Part shown: positions 21,201-33,469 of the stretch, piece by piece
Position numbering within the stretch: the stretch's first letter is position 1
Layout of the letters: every line of letters starts with the position of its first letter
Assembly (NCBI RefSeq): GCF_001194135.2
Contig: NC_068981.1
Span: forward strand, 52,423,494-52,487,493
Direction: 5' to 3'
DNA: 64,000 nucleotides
Source of the DNA: Octopus bimaculoides
Taxonomy: Eukaryota
Translations under genes and position numbers: made by a program
Notes under the pieces: generated by a model
What the model saw: only the letters and a program-made list of their open reading frames with translations
What the model was told of the DNA's origin: nothing
The model's database searches: none

Positions 21201-24200
21201 TGGACTAAATTGATTGCTTCTAAAACTTCTAAAAGCTTCTAAAACTAAATTTATCAGGTTTTTTTTAATACAAATTTAATATTAAATTGAAAGCTATATA
21301 AAAAAAACCTACAATAGTCATTATCATCATCATTTAATGTCTGTTTTCCATGCTGGCATGGCTTGGACAGTTTGACTGGGGTCTGGAGAGCCAGTGGCTA
21401 CACCAGGCTCCAATCTGATCTGGCAAAGTTTCTACAGCTGGATGCCCTTCCCAATGCCAACAACTCCGAGAGTGTAGTGGGTGCTTTTTACGTGCCACCA
21501 GTCAGGCGGGCCTGGCATCGATCACATTTGGATAGTGCTTTTTATGTGCCACTGGCACGGGAGCCAGTTATGGGGTACTGGCATCAGCCATGTTCGGATG
21601 GTGCTTTTTACATGCCACTGATACGGGAGCCAGTCAGGCAGCACTGGCATTGATCATGTTCGGATAGTGCTTTTTACATGCCACTGGTGTGGGAGCCAGT
21701 CAGGGGGCACTGGCCACAGCTACGATATTGGTTTTACTTGACTCAACAGGTCTTCTTAAGCATATCATATTGCCTGATGCATCAGGGGTACTCTTAACTG
21801 GGCTGGACATGCATGGCTACGATCTCACTTTTGTTGCCAGGTCTTCTCAATCACAGCATACCTCCAAAGGGCTCGGTCTCATGTCATTGCTTCTGTAAAG
21901 CCCAATGTTTGAAGGTAATACTTCACCACCTCATCTCCCGTATTCCTGGGTCTACCTCTTCTGCAGGTTCCTTCCACAGTTAGGGAGTGGCACTTCTTCA
22001 CAGAACTGTCCTCAACTATATATAACACATGACCATACTAGTGCATTCATCTGTCTTGCACACCACATCTGATGTTTCACTGTCATGTAGCATGGCAGTT
22101 TGCACACATGCATCATACAGTCTATCTTTCATCCTGAGCGAGAGGCCCTTAGTTGCCAGTAGAGGTAGAAGCTCTCTGAACTTTGCCCAGGCTATTCTTA
22201 TTCTAGCTACTACACTCTCAGTACAACCACCCCCACTACAGACTTGGTCGCCTAGGTAGCAGAAGCTATTAACTAGTTCTAGTTTCTCCCCCCTGGCATG
22301 TGATGGAATCTGTTTTCTGAGCATCTTCAGTGTTTATTGCCCCTGTGCATCTGCCAACAAAATATAATTTAATAACAGTTCTATGTTTGAGTTTGGTATT
22401 TCAACCTTATTACTTTAGTAACTTAAGATATGGCACCACCTCTACAATTTTATACCTTAATTTTCTTAAGTTAATCAAAGGAGAAAGGACAGTACCTGGG
22501 CAAAATCTTTAGTAGGTTCTCCCAAACTTGTAAGACTGTTGTGAGTGATGTTCATTTTGAATGTTATTAGGCATGGACATGGCTGTGCAATTCAATTCAC
22601 TTTGCAATCACTTTTTGGGGTTTCAAATTTCACAGAAATTATATGAAATCCTGTTGCTTCCACACACACACAAAATGAATAGATTTCAGATAGAATTTCA
22701 AATCATGTGTTTTCAATTGTTTGTCCAACTGAACTACCAAACTTATGTAAGTGGCTGAGTATTCCAGAAACATGTATTCTTAACATGGATAGAAGCAGTG
22801 TGACAGTGTAACACTGAATTATAGCCACAATCCATTCAATAGGCTTCCAAACAGTTTCCGTCAACCGATTTCACTCAAAAGGTATGGGTCAACCCAAGGA
22901 TACAGTAAAAGACATGTGTCACATGCAAGGGATTGAGTGCTGGGTTTTGTAAATGAGAAGCAAACTTTCTAATTTGGTGCAGGCATAGCAGTGTGGATTT
23001 AGAATTCACTTTATATCCACATTTTTGGTTCATACTATTGAAACAATTTTTATTATTTTTTTTCATAAGGTACAAGTATGGCTGCATAGGTTTAACCTTT
23101 TAGCATTTAAACCAGCCATATCAGGCCCATATATTCTACATGTTTTCTGCTTAAACTGGCCATGTCTGGCCTTTTTATACCTAACCTACAATGTCATTTT
23201 CAAAAATAAACAATCACATCAGTGAAATCTTAAAGTTATGAGATAATGCATGATTAATAGAAAAAAATATGAATTAAAAAATGTTACATTTGACTGAGTA
23301 ATATAACATAGCCAGTCTTAAACTTCTCTGTGATGGTATGTAAGACTATAATGAATACAAGGTGACTAAGGATTAAACCTTGGTGGACTCCTACCTTCAT
23401 ACTAAATTTGTCAATGAAATTGTTGTTCTCTTTTACTTATTGCATCTTTGTAGATAGCTTGCATAGCCTTCACAAGCCATTCATCTATAGCTAGTTACCT
23501 TAATAACTACCAAGTTACTGGGCATGCTACCCTGTCAAATTCCTTCTTCACAACAGTGAATGCCAAGAACAGTGGTTTACTCTTGTTCTACTATAATTAT
23601 GAACAAACTGGTCTCTTCCAATCTTGCTCACATTCTTGATTACTCCCTCACTCTTCCTCTGACTGGAGCAACCATGTATCACCTCTACAGCAAGACACCT
23701 ATTTTTGTCCTTCTGTCACATTCTAACATCTCATCACCTGGCACAAGGCCACCTCCTCTAATACCTGCCCCGCAAAGAAGCTTTGTCTTGCAAGTTACTA
23801 GGTGATCTTGTCAGTACTGGTACCACATAAAAAGCATCCAGCTGTAAAAACTGTGCCAAAGCAGACCTTACCTGTGTTGGTGCCATGTAAAAAGCACCCA
23901 GATCACTCTGTAAAGTGGTTGGCATTAGGGAGGGCATCCAGCCATAAAAATCATGCCAAAACAGACAATGAAATCTGGTGCAGTCTTCTGCCAAGCCAGC
24001 TCCTGTCAAATCGTTCAACTTATACCAGCATAGAAAATGGACATTGGATGATGATCATGATGATGCAATGAAAGATTGTTGTAGATAACATTTCAGATTC
24101 CAATAAAAACAATCTTTTCAAACTTACTTTTTCATGAATACTGGCAGCTGCCGACAGTCTCTCAAAATTAATCTTACATTTTTTCTCAAGTTCTTCATTT

Positions 24201-27200
24201 CGTTTTTCTATACGTTCCAGATTTTCTTTCCACATATGCTTTTGCTTGTGTAGCTGTTCTTCAGTCTGTTGGTCATTCTTCTTTGTTGTTTCCTCAATAC
24301 GCTTCACCTCAGATCGGTATTTTTCAACTGAACTCCGTAAACGCTGGCACTTGTCGGACATATTATGTTCTTCTAAATGTAAATGATTGATTTCAGCTTG
24401 CAAAGAATTTACTTGACTGCGCAGAGCCCGATTATCAGATCTTTCCTGCTCTAATTCCTCTTTCACAGAACGTTCATGATCTACTTTAGCCCTTAAAAAG
24501 AAAAAAATAGTAGTTGAAGAATTAAGAGAAATATAGTAAGAGACTCTAACATGTCACAAGATTACACTTCAGAAAAAAAAAATTCGAAATCAGACTTAAA
24601 AAGTACATAATCAATTGATTTAACACTCAATAATTGTAAAAATATTTACATGTGAATATATTTCCTATCAGTAACCACCCAGGTAAGTGTGTGTGCGTAT
24701 CATTGTTTTAATGTCGACTTTTCCATGATTGCAGGGGATGGATGGAGTTTTAGTGAGTCAGCTTTTCAGTGGCTGGATGCTTTTCCTGTCACTAACCCTC
24801 GTTTCCAAGCAAGGTATTATTTCCCATGGTCAGACATTTTCTTGCAGAATATTGGAAATCAATGCCACTGCTTGTATGACTGTGACAATCATTTTACAAC
24901 TATCATGCAATGTCAAGACAAGGAAGTATAAATATACTCACACTTAAACTTACATACATACATATGATGGGCTTCTTTCATCTTCCTCCATTTAAATCAA
25001 CTCATAAGGCTTTGGACAGCCAGTAGCTATACTAAACACTTTGCCAAGGTACCTTGCAGGGGGACTGAACTCAAAATCATATGGTTGGAAAGCAAACTTC
25101 ATAACCACACAGCCACAAATTTTTGTCAAAATTAAACTGTGATTAAAGTTTGATTAAAATTTCAACATTTTACTAAATTTCAATGTGTTCAAATTTCAAA
25201 TTCAATTTTTGAAATGTTTTTAATATGATATTTTACTATGAACAATTTCAGTTTCAGAAGGTGACTTACTTTTATCAATTTTGAAACAGAAAACTACCTG
25301 GGGCTCTCACCTAATTGCTTCTCAACTTGAAGACTATCAATAACAGTTTTGATTGATCAACATATTCTTTTAACTTCCTAACCAGCATTTTATTTTTAAA
25401 ACAAATGTTTGAATCGAATAACAGGGGAATCAATAATAAACAAGGAAGAATATAAGTGTTCAGCAAATGGAAAATATGAATCCTACTGAATATTATAAAA
25501 TGGTTTCTTTTAGTAAATATATACAAATAATAAGAAATAAAACTTTAGATAGTTACTTTAGTATTAAAAGTTCTTTCTCAACAAGATTTTTGGAATCCGT
25601 AACATCTTTTATCTTGTCTTCCAAACAATCTTTCTCAGCTTGCCATACATTAATTTGATCTGAATTTTGCCTTTGTAATTCTTGGAGCTGAGCTTCAAGT
25701 TCAAGCCTTTTTAAAGAAATCAAAGACAGAAAAGTTGATATGAAAAAAAAATGATAAAAAAAAAGTTATAAAACAAACAAGTTTAGGGTTGGCTACTTAT
25801 CAGTTGGAACTTCAATGAAAGAATTATGTTTTAACAACAATAACTGATACACTTGTCAAATAGAAAAAAATATTTATCCCTTTAGCATTCAAATTACTCT
25901 GTCAAATGTAATGCTTATTTATTTACATTGTTTTGAATTAATCATGTATTATCACATAGCATCAAGATGATGATGTGATTATTTATGTTTAGAATGACAT
26001 TGTAGGGTTGATGTGAGAGGCTGTATATGGCCAGTTTGAACATAAAACAGATAAACTATTTGGGCTTGATATGGCTGGTTTAAATGCTAAAGGGTTGTAC
26101 TAATATTCCAGGTCAGATAATAAATATAAAAATAATCTCACTTTTCATTTTCAACTTCATTCAGTTTCTGTATCTCTTTCTCTTTTGCAAGCTGAACTTG
26201 TCTAGTCATTTCTTTCTTTTTGTCCATTAAGTTTTGAGAATGTTGCCTATTTGCCTGTTCTGATACATCCAGCTGAACTTTTAAATCTGAAATAAAAAAT
26301 GATCAAAGAAAATAAAAGTTGTTTCACTTTGTATTTAGCTAGTGAAGTATTGTAGTTAATCTATTTAAAAATGTTGCAGTTTTTCTAAGCAGCCAAGTTA
26401 AGCATTTTTTTTTTTTTTTTTTAATAGTGCAACTTTCAAATTTAACCGAAATTCTAAAAAAAAGGAAAGGATTAGAAACTACATGACAGCAATGGCATCC
26501 TCCTCCTCCTCCTCCTCACTTTTTTTAGTATCTCCATTTCTATGTTTGTACAGGCTGGATGAAGTTTGCTTTGTGCAACCACACGATTTCAGATTCAGTC
26601 CCTTGGGCATGTCTTATATTATAGTCCTGGCTCAACCACTGCCTTGTGAGTGAATTTAATAAATGGAAATGAAAGGAAATTTGCTGTGTGTGTGTATGTG
26701 CATGTGCATGTGCATGTATGTGGGCACATGAAAATATGCATGAATGTTCACATCCCACGGTTTTGCTTGAGTGAAACAATGAATGATAATTCCTTACTCC
26801 AGAGACATTGAGCATGCTTTGGCAAGCTTATGGCGATGAGGCAATGGGTCATACGCAATGTTTTGAGTGGCACCAGCACTTCAAAAGCAGAAGAACATCC
26901 CTGGAAGATGATGAGTGAATTGGAAGACCTGTCACGAGCATCACCCCCTGGAAATGTGGAAAAAATTCATCAGCTTATTTATAAGGATACTTGGAGGACA
27001 ATGAATGACACTGTTGATGTTGTCGGTCTGTTGTATGTGTCCATGCAAGCAATTGTAACGTCTGAATTGATCAGGCAGCATGTCTCTGCCAAATTTGTCC
27101 CCCACCTGCTGACCACTGATCAGAAAGGACATTATGTTGAAATCTGTCAAGATCTCTGTCAGCATGCTGCTGACGACCCATCCTTCATGTCGAGGATCAT

Positions 27201-30200
27201 CACCAGTGATGAGAGTTGGGTATATGGGCACGACCTGGACATGAAGCAGCAGTCATCACAATAGAAGAGCCCTTCATGTCCATGAAAAAGGCACAACAGA
27301 ACCACAGCTCAATCAAGAGTATGCTCATCGTTTTTTTTTTTCTTTTGACATCTGCAGTACTGTGCATTGAGAATTCATCCCCTAGGAACAGACCATCATT
27401 TGAGAGTTCTACTGCAATGTCTTGAAGCTTCAGAGGGAAGACATTCAGTGAAAGTGACTGGTTCTGTGGAGCACAAAGAATTGGATTCTTCACGATGACA
27501 ATGCACCCTGTCACTGAGCTCTCCTCACTTGTGAGTTTCTGACCAAAAGCAACAGGGTATCGCTTCTGCACCTGCCCTATTCGCCAGATTTAGCACCTGC
27601 AGACTTCCTTCTCTTCCTAAGATGAAAAGGCAGCTCAAAGGCCATTGTTTTAACACTGTTGTCAAGATCCAGAGTGAGTTGCAAAAGGTGCTTGACCCAC
27701 ATACAGAAAATGACTTCCAGGCCAGATTCCAAAAGTGGCAGGAATGCTGAGACCAGTGTATTGCTATGCAAGGTGACTATTTCGAAGAAGATGATGTTAA
27801 AACTTAGGTAAATAAGTTATTTTTTATTAAACATAACTAGTCTAGGAACTTTTTGGTACCACTTCGCGCGCGCGTGTGTGTGTGTGTGCACGTGTGCGTG
27901 TGTGTGTGTGTGGCTTATTTCATAATTTGAATAACAGTGGCCCTTTTCATAGCAGCAAAATGTCTTAAATATAACAAACTGAAGAATCATCAGGGGATTT
28001 AATCCTGGTGTTTTTCACATTTTAACAAATCAAATAATTAAATATAAAAAAGACAATGCATTTATATTTTAAAAACTTTCTCAATTATATATTATCTCTA
28101 ATCTTTTCACTTATTTCAGTCATTGGACTGCAGCCATGCTGGGGCAGCACCTTGATGGGTTTAACCAAACAAATCAATGCCAGCACTTATATTTTTCTGA
28201 AGTCTGGCTCTTATTCTATTGGTCTTTTTCTTTTGCTGAACCGATAAGTTATGGGGACATAAACAAACCAACACTAGTTGTCAGGCACAGTGGAGTGGAG
28301 GGTGGAAACACACACACACACACACACGTATATATGACTAGCTTTCACATAGTTTCTGCCTACCAAATCCTCTCACAAGGCATTGGCTGGCCTGAGACTA
28401 TAATAGAACTTGCCCAAGTGGCCCTGAACCTAAAACCACATGGATGCAATGTAAGCTTCTTAAGCCATGATTTACATTTAAAAGTTAATGAAATAGAAAT
28501 TTCACTGAGATACCTTCAATGGTGTTTTGTAATTTGTCACGTTCCCGTTGCACATCACCTATCTGTCGTGTTAAATCTAACTTAAGTTCACCCATTTCTA
28601 ACTTATGCTGCTGAATATGTTGTTCAAGCTTTGTCTTGAGGTTCATGTTGTCTTGTTCCAGTTCGTGTTTTTGGTTTGACACCTTTGTCTGTTGGATCTC
28701 ACATTCATACATTTCCTCATGGAATTTCTGAATTTCCTTTGTTAGCATTTCTTTTTCAACCTAAAAGAAAAGAAAAATTAGCCTTGGACTAATTTTTTAA
28801 AAATTTCTATGACTTGCTCCTTGGAAATGACCAAGAACCAGTGAAGACATCAAAAATAGAAATTTTATATTGAAGTGAGTTGAATATCCAACATGACATG
28901 AACTAAATCACAACAATATTGATCAGTTTCAAATTATACTCTTCTTGGCCAAAAAGCAATATATAGCAGACATGTAAGAAAAAATAAACAAAATACATGA
29001 AAGTAATTCAATGCTAGTGTTACTGGTACTTATTTATTTTAGTTTGATGAAATCCTAAGTCAACAACAGTGGAATTTGAACTCAGAAGCAAGAAGGAAAA
29101 TGAAAAGCTTTAGTACTCATGCTTTTCCAAAATAAGAGACATATTCCTGATTGAGAATCAGAAGTATGAAGTCGTTGGGATATGAAATTGTAACTTTACT
29201 CAGGTATACTTGAGTGAACCAATAACATATCCATAGTGGTGTTTTAATGTTGAGCCATCCCATATTTTGCTGTAAGATTTAGGACTTAAAATATGTTCAC
29301 ATTTTGAAAACAGTAGAGAGTTTACAGGAGAGGGATAAGGTTATTACAATGAATAAGTAAAATGATTTTGTAGTTACTTCTGTGTTGTGAAAACTCAAAA
29401 TTTTATTTAAAATGATAAAGTTCTTAGTGCTCACCATAGTGACTCTTTAGTATGAAGCCTTTCAAAACAGAAAAATAGAAATTCATGTTTCCTAGACGTC
29501 ATTAATATGAAACTCAAAATGAATGTGGCAATGGGAAAGGTATTGATCATAATGGCGATGATGGAAGGGTAGTGACGATGACAAGAGATGAAGAGGTTCA
29601 AATGTTTTTGCTATCCCTCTGTTGCATTTACTATCACTAAAGAGCAAGTGAAAGCAATTCTTTTCAGCTCAATAACACTAACAAGCTTCTTGAAAGTAAT
29701 ATCTGCTGACAAATGTCCTATTGCTAAAGTTTACAATGTTGAGTGAGAGTCTGGAGCTGCCACATTAATAGCAAAGTGGAGTACAAGTGAACGGAAGAGG
29801 CAACTGAGTATTAAAGTCATTCATTAGCTGAAATATTTGCAAGAGTATTTGTGTTGATAATGGAACAAATTATCAACTAAGTTATGGCCATATCACAAGA
29901 GTAAGAAAAGTAGCGATATGCTGTAATGCAGACTCATATGAATAGGGAAACAAGATCACCATATATTTACATATATATTTAAATATACCAACTAACCAGA
30001 GGTAGTTTGGGTATCACTATAAAGCCAGTAATCTTAACCTTAGAGGGTGCATAGTGGAAGGCAAAAAAGTAGTTAGGACTCCCGAATTCACCATGATGTG
30101 AATGATTATGATGATGATTGTGATCTAAGTAAGATAGCTTATTTTATTTAGTTAATAATCAAATAAAATTATCAGAATATAAATATTAGAATATTTAAAA

Positions 30201-33200
30201 ATTGGGAAATTTCTACAAGATTATTTTCAAATTTAAATTTTAAACTGAAAAAATTGAGATTTCTTTTCAAAGACAAAAAAATTTAGTTGAGTTTCAATAT
30301 CAGTTTTAATTTTACAATATTCTCAGTTTCATCTCCAAACTAATTTCAAATTTAGGAAAAAAAACTTTCCATTTTTGATATTTACAACTAGAATAAAATA
30401 GAAGTAATAACAAAAGCCTCAAAGTGCCCTATTAGAATTTCTAACTGTTTGAACTTAATAATAGAAAAGATAATTACTTACTTCAATTTTTTTCAAGTTG
30501 GCATTATACTCTACTTCATTTTTTGCTAATAATCGTGATAATCTATCAATCTCAAGGGAAGATTTTTCACGTAGAGCTTGTGCTTCTTCTAGCCCAGTCA
30601 ATGCTGATTTCAGTTGTTCTTGCAAAGTTACATTTTCTCTTTTCAATGAAAAAATCTGTTCTGTATCTTTAGAAGATTCAGTATGAATCTGAGCAAGAAG
30701 ACGATCTTTTTCCGCTCTTACATTGTTCACCTTTTAAAAAGAAATTGATTTTGTCAATAAATTTTGTAGGAATAATTAAAGTGTTGTAAAGTAATAAAGT
30801 GCAAGGAGTTACTCAAACTGCAGCAGAGTTATTGAAACAAGAGGATATCTAACTGTGAGGATATCTAACTGTGAGGATATCTAACTGTGAGGATATCAAC
30901 TGTGAGGATATCTAACTGTGAGGATATCTAACTGTGAGTTATTGAAACAAGAGGATATCTAACTGTGAGAAAAACTTGTATAATTAACTACACTCTCGGA
31001 GTGGTTGGCGTTAGGAAGGGCATCAAGCTGTAGAAACTCTGCCAAATCAGATCGGAGCCTGGTGTAGCCATCTGGTTTCACCAGTCCTCAGTCAAATCGT
31101 CCAACCCATGCTAGCATGGAAAGCAGACGTTAAACGACGATGATGATGAATTAAGTATTTTAGCTGGATGTTTAATCCTTTAGCATTTAAACCGGTCATA
31201 TCTGGCCCAAATATTCTGTCTTATGTTCAAAGCAGCCAGATCCAGTCTCTCACTTACTCAACAATGTCATTCTAGAAATAAACAATCATAGCATCAGAAT
31301 CTTGAAGCTATGAGACAATGCACAATTTATTCAAAATAATGTGAAAAAGCATTACTTTTGACAGAGTAATGCTAAGGGTTGAGTTGTAATTAAATGGCAA
31401 ATAGGTGTTATCGTATGGTTACCACAAAAAGGAAATATCATCATCGTCGTTTTAATGTTCACTTTTTCTTGCTTGCATGGGTCGGACAGAATTTTAGTGA
31501 TGCAGATCTTCTATGGTTAGACACACTCCTTGTTACCAACCCTCACCTGTTTCTAAGCAAGGCAATATTTCCTCATGACCAGATGTCTTCATGGAAGATT
31601 GGAAATGGAGCACACTGTTTGTATGACAGTGACACTTATTTACAACTATTAGGTAGTGTCAAAACAAGAAGACACTAACACACATACACAAACAGGCTTC
31701 TTTCAGTTTCTATCTACCATATCCAATCACAAAGCTTTGGTCGACCCAGAGCTACTTGCCCAAGGTGCCATGCAGTAGAACTGAACCCAGAATCATGCAG
31801 TTGGGAAGTAAGCTTCTAAATCACACAGCTATGCCTGATGTAAAAATTGATCTTGTTTTCTAGAAGATTTTTAGTTCAATACTACTAACATTGTATTAAA
31901 ACGCCATTCATATGAAACTGCATGAGAAAGCAAGCAGGCATCAGCTTTAGCTCTCCATGTACTAAATAGATATCCATCTTAAATTTAATTATATAGCTTT
32001 TAAAATTATGAAATAAGCTAACATCAACTTTGAAATAGGCAGGCAATTTGCTAATTTGTTTGTATCTGCTGCCGTGTCTTTTACTGATGCATTTTGAAAA
32101 AGCTTTACTTTTACTTATTGCTTAACCTTTGAGCATTTAGATTATCTCTGTCAAATGTAATGCTTATTTATTCACATTGTGCTAGTGGCACATAAAAAGC
32201 ACAGGCATGTCCTTTATGGCCATATTCCTACTCCCTCTCCCAACTGAGAGGTCTTTGTCTTGCAGATGCCTGTGCCATGTAAAATGTACTCGTGCCAGTG
32301 CTATGTAGATGTACCCATGCCTGTGGCATATGAAATGCACCCAGCACACTCTGTAAAGTGGTTGGTATTAGGAAGGGCATCCAGCTGTAGAATCTATGCA
32401 AAAACAGACAATTGAGTCTGGACAGCTTCTGCTAAACTATCCAACCTATGCCAGCCTGGAAAATGGATGTTAAATGATGATTTTACTGTCATTAATTTTT
32501 GAAATTAATTTAACAGAAGCAGTGTATTTCAACAGAAATATGGTAACAAAAGGGTTAAATGGTAGAAAAGGGAATTGTACATCACCTCTGCTTCTAACTT
32601 TTTCCTCAATTCCTGGTTTGCATTTTTGTGTTGCACATCTTGCTGCTCACACTTGCTCTCCAGCAATGACAATTCATAACGTTGTCTATTGCAACAGTTC
32701 TTAAATTCTTCCAACTCCAATTCCAGTTTATGATACCGTTCCTTATAATTCTTCTCTAATTCGGAATAAGTCTCCAAACGGATCAGTTCTAACTGCTGAG
32801 GTGTCACAACTTTGGTTCGCAGCAATGTAATTTCTTCATTTTTTTCAAGTAATCCTTTATGATATTGTTCTTGAGTACTTCTTAAATTATTATATAAAAG
32901 TCTGTTCTCTTCTGACTTTTGACGGCATTCATTTTGTATTTTGGCAACTTCTTCTTGTAATCTGTTCATTATATAGTAGGTAATAAGCAAAAACAAGAAA
33001 AAGACAAAACGAGAGGGACAAGTTTTAGCAAAGGTGTTATTAGTATAATGCTTGAAAGAAAGGGAAAGAGCCTTTGATTTTTTAGGTGGTAGTCCTTCAT
33101 CAGAAACAGGTGAGAAAAGAGGAAGAAGAAAAAAAGAAAGAGAAATGGTGAGAAAGGTGGGGGGAATGGTTCCAGGACCAGGTGGAATGCAGTTCTAGGG

Positions 33201-33426
33201 GAAGAAGTTAAGAGGATGTAAAAAATCAATGTGTAACAAATAAAATGTCTAGTGGCATGTAAAAAGCACCCACCACGCTCTTAGAGTGGTTGGCGTTAGG
33301 AAGGGCATCCAGCTGTAGAAACATTGCCAGATCAGATTGGAACCTGGTACAGCTGCTGGCTCTCCAAACCTCAGTCAAACTGCCCAACCCGTGCCAGCAT
33401 GGAAGACCGACATTAAACGATGACAA

Positions 33427-33469
<43 letters not shown>

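Noticed and set aside
24020-24127. ORF extension VSLKRLFLLESEM...
   Set aside because: Read-through past the GTAAGT donor into intron and an RTE tail; not part of the spliced CDS.
28505-28513. Possible U12-type donor GTATCT
   Set aside because: The sequence is GTATCTCAG, not RTATCCTT, and no U12 branch motif was seen.
29520-29900. Possible hAT transposase remnant (also a pogo-like stretch at 50440-50900)
   Set aside because: Similarity too faint to support without a profile search.
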